A stretch of 64,000 nt of DNA from Zygnema circumcarinatum SAG 698-1b. Its lineage: Eukaryota; Plantae; Zygnematophyceae. The position numbers were made by a program, and so were the translations under genes. Of this stretch, positions 11,182 to 23,853 are shown piece after piece. The stretch lies in NCBI GenBank assembly GCA_037447605.1, contig CM074808.1:868001-932000 (forward strand), written 5' to 3'. The notes beneath the pieces are model-generated. The model made no database searches, had not been told where the DNA came from, and saw only the letters and a program-made list of their open reading frames with translations. The number at the start of each line of letters is the position of its first letter. The first letter of the stretch is position 1.

Positions 11182-14100
11182 ATGGCGGGCCTCTTGGAGA
11201 AGGCTTTCGCTCTGCGTTCCTGCAGTTCTCCCCTTGCAGCGGCTGATCCTTTTCTGAAGCAGTTGCACAGAGGCTCTTCACGCCATGGCCGCTTCATCAC
11301 CATACGCTGCGCTGCAAATTCTGTCGAAGTGGATGCACCCGCTACTGCTTCTGTCAGCGACACAGGCAGCAGTGCAGTCAGGTATACGCTTTGCAGGGCC
11401 CTTGCTAGTGATGAAGCTCTTACAGGCGAGGCCCGTACCTTGATGTTTCTCCTCGAACAGGTTGAGGCGTCTCTTTTTCGAAAGAAAGCTCAAACACTGT
11501 TGTGCACTAGCCCTTGTTCTCACACGAGCCACATGCTCATGCAGCTTGTACACTGGTTGGTTGAATTCTGGCCTCCTTTGCCTGCTTGCAGACTTGACGC
11601 AGCTGCAGTTTCCGAGAAAGCAGGCCAGAGACTGGCAGAGTCGCAAGTGCCTGGGAAGAGTCTTGGCATCCCTGAGGCCTCTGAATGGCGCGCTGCCTCT
11701 TTTCCAAAGTCAGCTGAGGAGTTCCTTAAAGCAGTTAGAAGCCCTGCCTTTCAGGAGGTGTTTAGTAGCCCTGTAGGGGCTGCCAGCGCCGCCTATGGCA
11801 TTGTTCGGACTGGATATTTCGTGACTCAGGCCCTCTATACTGCACGAACAATCAACTTTCGGCCTGCAGCAGGAGTCCTCAAGGTAGAATTGGCTTTGCT
11901 TTTGCTTTTGTCCGTTTTGAATGACAGAAAAAGGTGAAAGAGAATGTATTGATAGGCATTAGTGTTATTGTGCTGTGTTTGAGGTCCTTTTTCCAGTAGT
12001 GGGCTATTGATGTCAAGTTGAGTGCATGGATGATCTTGCAAAATTGATGGCAAATTGTCGTCAACCCTCTGAGCATGACATGCAAAGATATGCTTTTCGT
12101 GTCTTCGAGTTGAGAGTATGAGCTTGAATTGTAATGGAATTCAGTTTAGGGAAGTGGACAGAGAGGGGAGCGGAAAAGACAGCCGTAAAAGAAGAGGATG
12201 TTTGATGCAGGGAGGCGTGCCCGCAAACCCAGCGGATATTCTCAAGTTGGTGGAGCGCATGAGTCCAACACTGGGCAGCATTGCTGAGCTTTATCGCAGA
12301 GATGCGGAGAACATACGCAGAGGGTACTACAAACGGCCATTGGATATGGATCCTCGGCATCGGCAGTGGAATCCGCAATACATTCGAGAGGGACTAAACA
12401 TTTTTGTCAAGTTCTCTAATGATACATTGGCAAGGCGTAATCGTGAAGGTTAGTTCCGTGAGTGTTTAATTCGATAATTCTTTTGCTTCTCTCTGCTCGG
12501 GCAGGCGGAAAGAAATGTTCATAAATGAAACTCATTGTCTGGAATGGCAGGCCGGACTGAAACTCGGGAGCAATCGGAAGAAGCTCGACGGAACCCTGCA
12601 CTCTACCCTGAATACTATCTTCAGGTTAAAGGAAACTCCATCCAATTTTGAACCCTGTTCTGACATTTTGCTTCACTTGTATGGCTCTGCTCTCATGCCG
12701 GGTTCCCTACTCACGTTTTGCAGTTGGTCTTCTCATCACTTGTCCACGCAGAATTTCCATTTTCAGGATGGTTGGCTGTCAGAATTCTCAGCAAAGGCGT
12801 ACGACATTGCTACAGAGACCTTTTTCCTAGGATCGCAGGTATCTTGAGTCCACCCTCCCAGCATGCAATGGGGGGAACATAGCATTGGCCTCCTTTGCTT
12901 GTACCATGGAACGAGAAGATGCTCCTCCACTCTCCGTTCGCCTTGGAAGAGCAGAACGTGGAATTCTAGAGTTACGTTGTTGCCTAAACACCAGATTGGA
13001 TTGCCACAAGTTTTTTTTATCTACATTAATCCTCTTTGAATGATCGATAGGCCCACTTTTCTCCGACTCCTTTTGGCGCTTCCGCAGGATGCCATGCAGC
13101 GAGGTGGACTGATCCCTCTGCACTTCTTCATGAAGGGGCGGAGTGAGAAATCAACGCGTCTGCTTGACCTGGCATGTGGAACAGGCCGCTATCTTACGTT
13201 CATAAGGGATAATTACCCGCACATGCCTTTGGTTGGGGTAAGCACTGGGTTGGTTGGAATGTTGGAGAAGCGTCGGCTTGAATAAGGAGTTTCGGGATTG
13301 AGTGGGTTAAGAAATCATTTCTGAATGTTGGTAGAGTTTGACAGGATGTGATGTTTTGGCTTGCATTGATAGTTCTGAATTTCTGACTTCTTGCAGGTGG
13401 ACCTTTCCCCCTTCTATTTGGAAAATGCCCGTGAAAATATGGCTTATTTCACTGGTGAGGTTTGCACTTATAAACGCTAAGTCAACTAAATTCTGGATAA
13501 GACAGCATCTTGCTGCACTTATTCCTACAATATAACTGATTCCCATAGGTTTCGTGGATCTCTGTTAACTTAATGTTTCTTGGCTCTTCTAGTGTTACAG
13601 AGTGTAGCCTACTTAAAATGTAGCAATGGTTTGTCCTGCTCTTAATCAATCAGCGTCTCAAAGAGTGAGCTGAAATCTTGCGCTGCAGATTTTGACAAGC
13701 AAGTGAATGGCGATAGGAGAGTCGCGTGCACGGAATTCATTCAAGCGGCAGCTGAAAATGTGCCTTTGGAAAGCAGCTCTCTCGATGTGGTGGGTGTTTT
13801 CTTAAAAGGATTCGTAGCTAGCAACTTCTTCAAGGATTTTTTCCACAACTTGTACTACTTAAAAAAAAACATATGATGAATTAAGACATATCGTTCATCG
13901 TGCGAGTTTATACCTTCTGCTTTTGTTTGTGCAAGGACCTCTGCTAATGTTAATGACAGGCCTCTGTTAATGTGAAGCATTGGCGTGCAATTTCCCCATG
14001 TTCCTTTCATACATCGTACATATTAATTTGGAGTTGTAAAGCCTGAGCATCTAGTCTCCCCTGTTCCTGTGGTAGTCACCTCAGCATCACAACTGACTCC

Positions 14101-14987
14101 TTTGCTTTGTCTGATGTGACCAGATATCTTGTGTATACCTCTTCCACGAGCTGCCTCCGGATGCAAGGACGAATGTTGTGAAGGAGATGCATCGGTTGCT
14201 TAAGCCGGGAGGAATTGTTATTTTCAATGACTCAATGCAGGTGTGTTTCCCTTTGCTACGCAGTCGCTCTTTTCAAAGCAAAATTGGCACTCCGGAAAAA
14301 TTAACTCGAGTTGGACTGCTCAATTTGCCAATTTTTCAATGCAATTCATATATATTATGTGCTGCAGATTGCCAGACATCGCCCACATTACTTTGTGTTT
14401 GTCAGTCCTTTGATGATATGCTCCTTCAACTTAATCGTCTCTCTTTTTTCTATTACAGCTGAATTTAAACTCAGGCTTTGGGGTGTTGAAATCTATGTTC
14501 CTAGCGATAGCTGAACTCTTTCATATTCTCTAGTTGTCACGCATCTATTTGCCAGTTACCTTAATACTGCCAGATTCTTTTATGTTGCCAACTGGCAAAA
14601 TAATCATGTCTAAGAGACACTGCAAGAAAACTAGTGTTAGCTTTTGTCGTAGACGCTCTTGTTCAGCTTTGCCAGTGCTTAACTTTCTGGCTATTTCCAT
14701 GGCATGTTTGGTGGCTGCAGCGCATTGACCGACCTGAATATAACTTCTCACTCTTTCCCGAGAACTACCATGAGCCCTATTTCCTGAGCTATGTGGACAC
14801 AGACCTTCCCGCCCTCTTTGGCGCCGCGGGCTTCATCCTTGAGAGTTCTGCGATCGTTCACGTTTCCAAGGTACACCACCTGCACTCTGAGATTGCCTTC
14901 ATGTAGCCCCTGTTATCCCTTTGCCTGGCACATGTGAATGACCTCATTATGGAGCATTTGCAGGTACTTTGCTTCCGGAAGGCCTGA
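11182..14987 (+). CDS. Plastid-targeted class I SAM-dependent methyltransferase (Methyltransf_11/UbiE-like fold)
   Basis: ATG 11182 is followed by a transit-like region ending IRCAA. Spliced exons encode RRDAENIRRGYYKRP, LYPEYYLQ|NFHFQDGWLS..SAKAYD..TETFFLGSQ|DAMQR, SAM motif I LLDLACGTGR, VDLSPFYL, AAAENVPLESSSLDVV, YLFHELPP, LLKPGG.VIFNDS, FPENYHEPYF. The last exon 14964-14987 encodes VLCFRKA*. Confidence 0.88.
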
Positions 14988-16483
14988 ACTACAGTTTATT
15001 TCTACGTTGGAGTTCAGCCAGCCTGCACTTAAGTACGGTTTCTTTAGAAAAGATGCTATAGTTGGCAGTGTTTAGTTACAAACGAGGGAGCTTGTTTGTC
15101 TGTCCTTTCTGACTGGCAGTTAGTTTCCGAGGCCACCTGTTCATAGTAGGCTTCTAGCGTTTATTGGTCCACCAGAAGCATGGTACTGCCTCATTATTCC
15201 CAGATGAGGTGTGTGCTTTTCTGAGGGAGATTTAGGAAGGCGGGATGGGAGTATAGTGAAAGTCTATAGTTAAAATAGCTGGATAGTTTAAATGTCGACC
15301 TAGAGTTTAAGGGGTTGCCGTTTATGTGGCCTGCCATTACCTTGACGGCTTCTTACCTCATAGTTAGATACAATACTATCTGAATGTAACTACTTTACTA
15401 CTTTACTATACTACTTTACCACACGGCACCACTAGTTACATATGTCCTTCTCACATCCAGCAAGAGAGGGGCGCGTTGCCGTTTAGAGGATTTCTGGTGC
15501 CTGTCCCGGCCTGTGCCTACCCGACTGTCCTTTTTGAGGTCCTCTTTTCCAGAGCATATCTGATTGTGTGGTTCTGGCTTCGTAATATTTGTCCATTCCC
15601 TCATCCGTGGGCCATTGTAAACTTCCCGTGCTTATCAGATGGTCGTTGTGGCGATCCTTGCCATTGATATCTGACAGTCATTGTGATTCGATTCTTCTTT
15701 GCAACTATTGAACGGTTCTCGTGATACGATGTTTCAACTGTCTTCCCGATGGTTCTTGTGAGGCGACCCTCTACCAGACTGGTTTGCGTCTCTTGCCAAC
15801 AAGAGAAATTTGCATTGAACAAGTTAGTGTCGTCGCAACTATATCAATTGTCTGTGAGAATCTGTGAGAAAAATACTTTTCGGCACTACCTTTTTTTGTT
15901 CAAGTTTAATAGCATATACTGCATGTGGTTTAGTGAAGTTACTTATTTCTAAAGAAAAAATGAATTGGAGCGAGGATTTTCAACAGGGTCCCAACATGTG
16001 GCAATTGAAGGCATTGCAAGCATGTCTAGCGTATGTCGGGCATACATCCTGGTGGGAAGTTGGGGAAGCAGAAGAGAATGCCTCGAGCACTGATTCATCC
16101 CCAAGGCACCCAACCTTCTTTCACTGACTCCCTCCACGCTTTATTGAAGTCACCATACGATATAAACCAATCGACTCTCTACTTCAGCTCCCATTCAGAA
16201 CTGCTGATCACCTGCTGCACGTTCACATACATTGAAACTCGCTTGCACAATTTCTCCATATGCTAACAACCTGCCTCCAAGAGCCCTTTGGTAAGCACGG
16301 TAAAGTAAAAAAAAAAGTACTAAGCCTCGCAATTCTTGCTGAGAGCCTCCTTGGAACAGAATGACTTGGAGCACCACCCTGTCAGGAATTGTCTGCCTTG
16401 TAATTTACCGGGCGGGTTTTCATCGTCCACACAGGCTGTAAGCCCCGAAAGATTACGTTGATAAGCAGGAAAAGCGACCGAAA

Positions 16484-18998
16484 TTAGGTCTTTGCGTCCT
16501 GTAACTCCTTCCGTTCAAGCACAACAACGCATTCCACATGGGGCGTCTGCGGGAACATATCCACAGGCTGCACACTTTTCAAGCGGTACATGCCCTCCTG
16601 CCCTTCCTGCCATATATCACATGGCACAGCATGTCAGTCTTCCTCCTAGCAAATTCTTAGCCAATATTTGCAATCAGGATATGAGCCCAACCAACGATTC
16701 ACAGAAAACCATTCAGTCCCCAAAAAAATATGACGCCAATATCTTTGGACAATAACAATGACCGACACAGGATTTCAATTAGAATACAAACCTCTCCATG
16801 GCAGAGTATGTCGATATCACGAACACAAGTGGCTGGGTTGCAAGACACATATACGATGCGAGAGGTTCCTGATCCGTTCAGAAACCGAAGAAGCTTCGGA
16901 TGCATGCCCGGTCGATTAGGATCTGCATCATCCCAAACAAGAATCACGAATTTTCCGCGTTCATTTGGCTGTAACGAATGGGTGATTTCAGATTCAAGGG
17001 AATTCTCTTGCAACAACTAGTCCTACAAGCCTCGTGTTCAGCCAAACACTGACCTTAGGTTAGAAATCTCATTTGGAAACTCTAAACAAAAGAAAAGATG
17101 CAATAGTGCCAAGATTTGGAAACGGCGGAGTGGGAGGGGGAGGGAGAGGGGGAGGGAGAGGGGGAGGGGAAGGTGGGTAGGGCGGGGGGTCTGTGTGAGC
17201 CCTGAGGTTTATGAGACAATGAATGTTCAAGAGAAGACTTCTATGTGGGTTCTCAGGAGACCCAAAGGCCTAACTATATCAATAAGTTCTACATGAACCT
17301 TCCATTTACCTGTAATGACAACATCAGGACGAGGGAATTCCGTCGCAAAGTCGTTTTGCAGCTTGTTCAGGTCTCCTTGAAAGAAGGATGCGTTCTTTAT
17401 TCCATTCCTCTCCGCATTTCGACGAGCATCAGCGACCGCTTCTGAGTTCAGTTCATAGCCGTAAACGTGGTCAACTCTGCTCAAAGGAGTCAGCAGAGAA
17501 GGGGAAGAGTCAGTGCGTTTTGCTGCTCAGCAGCATACCCTTAAATGGAGGAATAAAACAACAGTATGAGACCCAACAATGTTCAAATTTAGCATGGGAT
17601 TTTTTGGACACTGTTGGCTATAAAAGCTCAGTGCATATACACAACAGCATACAAGGAGATAGGGTTCATGGTTACGAGTTTCAGGTCAATGTTTCGTATA
17701 TAGAACGTGGCTATCTAGGCATGCTTAACTTTGAAACCTACTGAACTCATGAGAATGAAAGTATTGTTTTACTTTGATGCCATCGATAAGCCAATAGTTC
17801 CCGTGCCGCAGAAGAGGTCCAAAAGAACTTCTGAACCATCACCCTTCAAAGAGCATGCCGCTTCCACAAGGGCGTACAGAACTTCAGCCTGCAGAGAAAA
17901 AGACAGAAAAATTATGGGCATATAACAAGTTGTGCAAATGATCAAGAGTGTGGATATTAAAGTAAGAACAAACAAAAAAGAAAATGGAGCGACGGGAAAG
18001 TTTTGTGAATGCTTGCGAGTCAAACCTGTCGAGTGTTCGTTTGGAAGAAGGAACTCGCGGAAATTTCAAAGTCCAAGCCTCGAAGCCTCTCTGTAATGGA
18101 GCGCTGACCAACGAGAAGGTTTTCTTTCCCTCCCACCGCACTATCACCGAGAGAAGAGTTGATGTTGTTCACTACACTCACCTGTAAACCAAGCGAGTCT
18201 TTCTCGCTTGTCAGCTGTACTCGCAGTGAGATGAGTTTTGCAGTCAAACAAACTACCAGACACTACCACTGAAATAGGACAAGTGAAAGATGGAAAAGCT
18301 ATCTACTATCTGCATACAGTCATGACAATCAGACCGACCATTAGTTGCTCTGCGAACTTTAGAAGGACGATATGACTACTTGACTGAATACTGGGAAGAC
18401 TTGAGATACTTTGTTGCAAATAGATGAGCTCACCACTTGTGGATGGGCAGCAACGATCTCGTCAGCAAGAGACTTCAGAAGCTCGGGCTTATCCTCTTTA
18501 GTTGTGATATTGACACTGAGTTGAAGTGAGCCGGACTCTGCATCCCTGCACGGCGGGCCTTATCAGAACTCAAAACTGCATCGCTGACTAACTAACTCAG
18601 AACACCACCACTGACTAATCGTTTTCAAAATCACTTTATCTGCCTTCGTACTGCGTGCATGGCTTACTTCCCCTCGATTCAGAAACAAGGTTTGCATTTC
18701 AAAGATTTATGGGACTAATTACCGGCGAAACGAAACACATTTTTCTAAAATCGATGAAACATGCAGGTTGAACAATCTCAGGTCTCGTTCAAATGATCAA
18801 AACTTAAGAAACTATTTCAAAGCAGTATGCCAAACAATTGAATCTGTCAACTTTTGGACGATCTCTTCTAGCGACATCCTTTTTCTTACGCTGCAGTTTT
18901 CATGCTTTATACTCCTCTTTACTGCTATGCATTGTCCATGCAATGCGAATCCTTGTGCTGTAATATCCTATACAGATTTTTTTACAGCAGATGAGGAT

Positions 18999-19029
<31 letters not shown>

Positions 19030-22000
19030 CTCTCTCTCTAGCCAAGTGGCCAACCTTCCAGTCCGAATGGTGAGGTGCCGCAAAAACCCTTCCCGTGTCA
19101 GTGCATCATAAGGAGGAATTTCAGCTTGCCTTCGCTTGCAGTGCGCTTGCACAAGCGTTAAAATCTGCAAAAAAACAGCTAAAGTCCTTTGATTCTGCAT
19201 TAGTATTAGTATGACTTGACAGTTCCAACAATGGCTACACAGGAAACGACAGTGGATAATCGTTTTGCATTATTACTTCTGTTGTACTTTGCCTATTCCA
19301 GAACAAACCAATGCTGCTCCCCATATTCTAGAGGAAAGTAGTCAATTCCGACATACCTGATCGGCTACGGGATGCTGCAACATGCATGATTCGATCGGCA
19401 AAATTTTGTCGAATCGCCGTGGAGCATGCAGTCCGAGAGCAAACTGGTGCGGATTTGGCTCAACTTTTCTTCGTCTCGGATCCGCAGAAGCAATTGTGGG
19501 AAAGGATGGTTCGATTGGATCGGACAAAGGCTCTGCCTCGTTCTGAGCATTAGGAGTTCGGCTCTCAGCGGATGGCAACCATATGCGACTGCCGAATGAG
19601 AATTCCATCTGGGGTACAGCCCAGCATTTACGTACAGAGGAAGGAAGGACGAAGGAAAAAAAAAGGTCAAAAGTTAGAAGTGGTCATGTGTACAGATACA
19701 ACTGGCATCTGCAATTCCAGTTTGCACACGGCTGCTATAGCCAAAAGGATTCTGATAAGCTTCAAAACGATGCTTTCTCAGCTACAGAAGTTATGAAGAG
19801 ACAGGAAAAGTGAGGGAATTTCAGGATTTCAGAGTAAATCTTTTCCATCCCATACAACTCCCAGTGAAATAAGGCAAAGGGAGGTATACCTTGTTCCTAT
19901 AGTAGTACGGCTCACTGCACGGCACAATCGGCCGCATGTAATCTCCACTCGGTTCATCGACTCCGGACAGTCCAAATCTCCCCATTCTCTGCATCATTTC
20001 CGCAACCTGTTTCTCCTTTATTTCGAGCTGTGCTGAATAAGCCAAGTTCTGCAGCTTGCATCCTCCGCATGTATTGAAATGCTGGCAGGGGGGCTCCACT
20101 GCATTGCTGTGAGGACTGAGAGTCCGAATCTTATAGGCCTGGAAACCTCCTTCAGCCAAGGGAAACCCTTGAAAAAGACATTTAGCCAGTTGTCCAAAAC
20201 CCTCAGATTCTCAGGAAACCATATGAGGAGAAATTAGATGTGCTTGTTTTCTGATCAAATCGTCATTTTGGTCCTACATGATTTATCGGCATATGTACTG
20301 TAGGCATGTACTGCGGCATGCAGGTGTTAAAGTCTGTCGACAAGATTCCTGTCCCTTGCTCGAACGGATAGTGTTGTGAAGCCAACGTGCTGCTGGTACA
20401 ATCGAGGATTCATTCCATGTCTCGATCAGACCAACATAAAGATAAACTAGACAACCCACACACGTACTTCATCAGTGCCAAACACTCCTGACTGCCATAA
20501 ACACTACCTTCTCATCATGTTGGTCATTTACATCTCTCGCTCCTGATGACCCCTCCAACGTACTGGTTTTTAGGGTTTTAGGGTTTAAAAACCCTCCAAA
20601 GAACCCCAAAAACAGATCTCCACAGATAGTTTGTGCCATACCTCAGCATAGCCTCGTTTCATTTTAAATATACGTCCTATGAGACGTTCGCCTGGAAGAG
20701 CTCTCTCACACATAATGACAAATCCTGTATCGACGATCCGACATACGCCCATGCCCTGTACTCAACACAGGACAGCCATCAAAAGTTCCCACATGTTATT
20801 TCTTACCAACTGGCAGAAATTCGTGGACTTCCCTTGAGTTTCAAATCCCCCTTTGTGACTTAGATGTCGTCACATTACGAAAAACCCATCAAAACAGAAA
20901 GGGATGATATCCGAGACGCAAAAAAATGAAGGTGATACATTCATAAAGTATGGTTGCTGCACATGTAAGGCACATTAAGACTTAAGCATTTCGGCTTTCG
21001 AGACTCGCAGAGTACCCACATTATGCATGTACAACACAGAAAAAGGGTCTAAAAATCTGTCCTCACCAGGTCTCCAGATAATACAATTTCGAGCATAGCT
21101 TAATGGGTAGACTGAAAAAAACAAAAAAAAATTAACATCATGTGCAACTTAATAACGTAGTACTGGATGCTCTTGAAAGCCTGGTACCTTGTTCAGCCCC
21201 CAAATGCATTCTCATGCTACTTGCCAGCCATATCAACTTGAATTGAGGATCAGTCACTTGCACGCTTGTGACATGAGTTCCTCGATATTGGCCTTCTCGT
21301 TAGCCGAGAAACACGACAGTTGGACATGCCAAAAGTAGTTCATGCTTAGCTACGCCTTCGTTAGTGTGAACATCATCTACACTTACATAATGTTTTGCCT
21401 TAAACTCTCCTTCGTAAGACATTGTTTTGCACACACACTCTGCCATATTATTTTATCTCTCACCAATAGTTCGGAGAGCCTTGAATCGCAGCAATACATT
21501 CCTGTAGCTTAGGTTAACCCTTTCGCCAGTTTTATGCCGATTACCCAAATGTGGTCCACACTGGTATCTACGGACAACACTATCCTTGTCCTATCATTGC
21601 ACCGCAGCGCTCCTCATAAACTTTAAAATAACATGCAAAGTTGCTTTCATAACTTACAATTCAGTCCAAATTCCACTGTATCCTAGTCATATGCCCGCAC
21701 CATTCCAGTCGCGCCGCTTCTGCATTTACGTTTGACCTCATCGACGTGCACGACCAGCAAGAAGCAGCATTTCACCTTGAAGGCAAGAGATTCACAGTAC
21801 AGTTCCAGCTCTTGGCCCTTCTTCGGAAAGGCTTCCTTCCGTTTATCCTGTCCGCCATTTCCCTTTGTGCCATCCCTCGTCAGTTGCTCTGCGTCTGTAT
21901 CTCTCCCCTCATCAATCGCAGTTGGAGAATCTCTGGAAGCTTCCAAGTCACCATCCATGGCTTCAAACGTCTCTGCAGTCAGGCGGGACTCCGAAGCCGT

Positions 22001-22318
22001 GCTCAGATTGGAAGAAGGAGCCGCCTTGAACTTCGTCATGGAATGCAGGGTCCAAGGTGATCCAAACAAGAGCCCTGTTTCTCTTCTTAAATCCAGAATT
22101 CCTCCTGAATGCCTGGCCATGGCCACGTTGCAAGCAACGAACGTGCATGGCATGTGGAAATTTGAAGCGGGCGAGCATGAATATGGCGACTCGCGGAGGA
22201 GAAGCGGTGAACAGGAACCCGATAAACATCTGGCCGGCAAGATTCTAGTGCAGAAGCAGCTGCGCTTCGCCCGAGGGAGCGAGGAGAAAAAGGAAAGGCG
22301 CGCGCAGGAGGAAGCCAT
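16484..22318 (-). CDS. rlmD: Organelle (plastid)-targeted RlmD/TrmA-family RNA m5U methyltransferase with TRAM domain and 4Fe-4S motif
   Basis: Transit peptide MASSCARLSFFSSLPR. TRAM domain KKGQELELYCESLAFK|GMGVCR..GFVIMCERALPGE. Cys motif CQHFNTCGGC plus ESC. Also YRNK|MEFSF, SFFQTN, LLDLFCGTGTIGL, DPNRPG, catalytic YVSCNPAT, and QPVDMFPQTPHVECV. Stop TAA at 16486-16484. Confidence 0.92.
17131..17190 (+). repeat. G-rich tract (G-quadruplex-forming potential) in an rlmD intron
   Basis: tgggagggggagggagagggggagggagagggggaggggaaggtgggtagggcggggggt contains more than 8 G-runs of 3 or more. Confidence 0.7.
18990..19039 (+). repeat. (CT)n microsatellite, intronic
   Basis: About 50 bp of near-perfect TC dinucleotide repeat. 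Confidence 0.9.
20567..20594 (+). promoter_or_regulatory. Telo-box / interstitial telomere-like motif pair
   Basis: TTTTTAGGGTTTTAGGGTTTAAAACCCT in an rlmD intron. A second cluster lies near the plastid S10 5' end (48750-48772). Confidence 0.45.
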
Positions 22319-23853
22319 GGCTGGCAAGCTCAGAGGGAGAGCAAGGTGGCGCAGAACGGACTGGTCTGGACAACTTTAGTCGGCGTTCCATGTGCTCAAT
22401 GTTGAAGTTGTTTTAGAGAACTGAACTTCATCAGCGTGACATGTAACATGATGCGATGCTCGACTTTATCCGTTAAACTGAAATGGTGGGATGCTAATGC
22501 GCACATCCTACAAGGCCCGGTACGAAATTTCATATATTAGCCGTTGGATCTGTCACGTGGACAATCTTAGAAATCTGACCGTTGGATTGCAAGTGGCTTT
22601 CAGCCAATCACGCGTCGGCGCTCCGCAAAAAAGGACATTTTTAGACCGCCAAACTGGCATCCACTTGCCTCGTCCGTACCGTACGGCTCTGCTTATTCAG
22701 CTTGACCGTGCCACGTGCTCGCGCCCAGCTCATCCACCGGCTGGGCATGAGGCATGCCTGGCATGCATGGCATGGGCATGGCCCATAACCGCCCTGGGGA
22801 CCCTTCTCCAATTGCAGGTCACCACAACGCAAACTTTCAGGTCACCTGTTAAGCAAAAGGCAAACATAGTACAACACGTGTATATCTGTCTGACGTGTCA
22901 GATCGGATTGGTCAGTAAGGTCAAGGCCCTTTGTTCCAAGTTCCGACTAGGGATGGATATTAGAACGCAGTATCGTGTATTTAAATTCCAATCAAAAATT
23001 CTAAAAGTCAGGCCGTTTTATAAAACAACTTTTAGATAGGTCGTACAATGGTACGTCTGTACGGCTTCTCTCTGGCGGGCCAGCGCCAATTGCCGACCGT
23101 ATGACCGTACATTCAGTTCAATTTCAGAGGTCGTACGGCCGTTCTAAAATTGTTCTATAACTCTGAAACTTTTAGATATTCGGACGTTCAGATTCTGAAA
23201 TCTAAAACTCTAAAAGTCCCTTGTACGGCCTTTTACCATGCCCCAGTTCCGACGCGCCGTTGCCGTCCGCGTTCCGTCCGTACGAGATTTTGGCCAATCG
23301 CGATTTCGAGGCGAATCGCCGTCTGCGTCCGTACGGCGATCCGCGGCCCTCACTCATTACAGCAGCCAGCTGGACCATACGGACACCGTGGGGATAGACC
23401 AACGCTGGCCGCGGGTGGCCTGCAAAAGTGGCGTTACAGGGCCGGGTTTGGTGCTAGAAACCGGGTGCAAATGTGGCAAAAGGTGTACAAATGGGGTGTT
23501 GTCTTGTACGGACGCATCCGCCGGGCAGGGCTGCTGACAAAGGGGTCCTTTGGGCTGTGCCGCCTCTGCACTGCCACGTGGCACCTGCACCTCGTTCTGC
23601 CCTCCTGGACGGAGACCCGGAGGCGGGAGAGCGGAGAGAAGGGAGAGGGAGGAGGAAGAGCGGAGAGAAGAGGGAGGAGAGAAGGGGAGGGAAGGGAGGG
23701 AAGGGGAGGGAAGGGGAGGGAGGAGGGAGGAGAGGAAGGGAGGAAAGGGGAGGACGACAGGGTTAAAGCAGGGGAGGTCGGCTTGGCAGGAGGAAGTTTC
23801 AAGGCGAGGTCAAGAGAGGAAGTCTCAGAAGGCAGGAGGGACCAGCCACTACA
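22319..23853. promoter_or_regulatory. Divergent intergenic/promoter region between rlmD and CHX
   Basis: Lies between head-to-head ATGs (22318 minus, 23854 plus). CpG-rich, with 12 GTAC cores in 22520-23334 and a GA-rich purine tract at ~23630-23760 ahead of the CHX ATG. Confidence 0.6.

Noticed and set aside
10965-11257. Out-of-frame upstream ATGs in strong context (11031, 11069) overlapping the methyltransferase start
   Set aside because: TSS unknown; CCATGG is frequent in this GC-rich divergent region, so uORF regulation cannot be supported.
15416-16400. Short ORFs between the convergent methyltransferase and rlmD 3' ends
   Set aside because: No coherent spliced model or motif; likely UTR/intergenic.
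21732-22379. 215-aa plus-strand ORF and other long antisense ORFs (3091-3513, 24712-25365, 37042-37923, 57008-57583)
   Set aside because: Shadow ORFs of real genes on the opposite strand.
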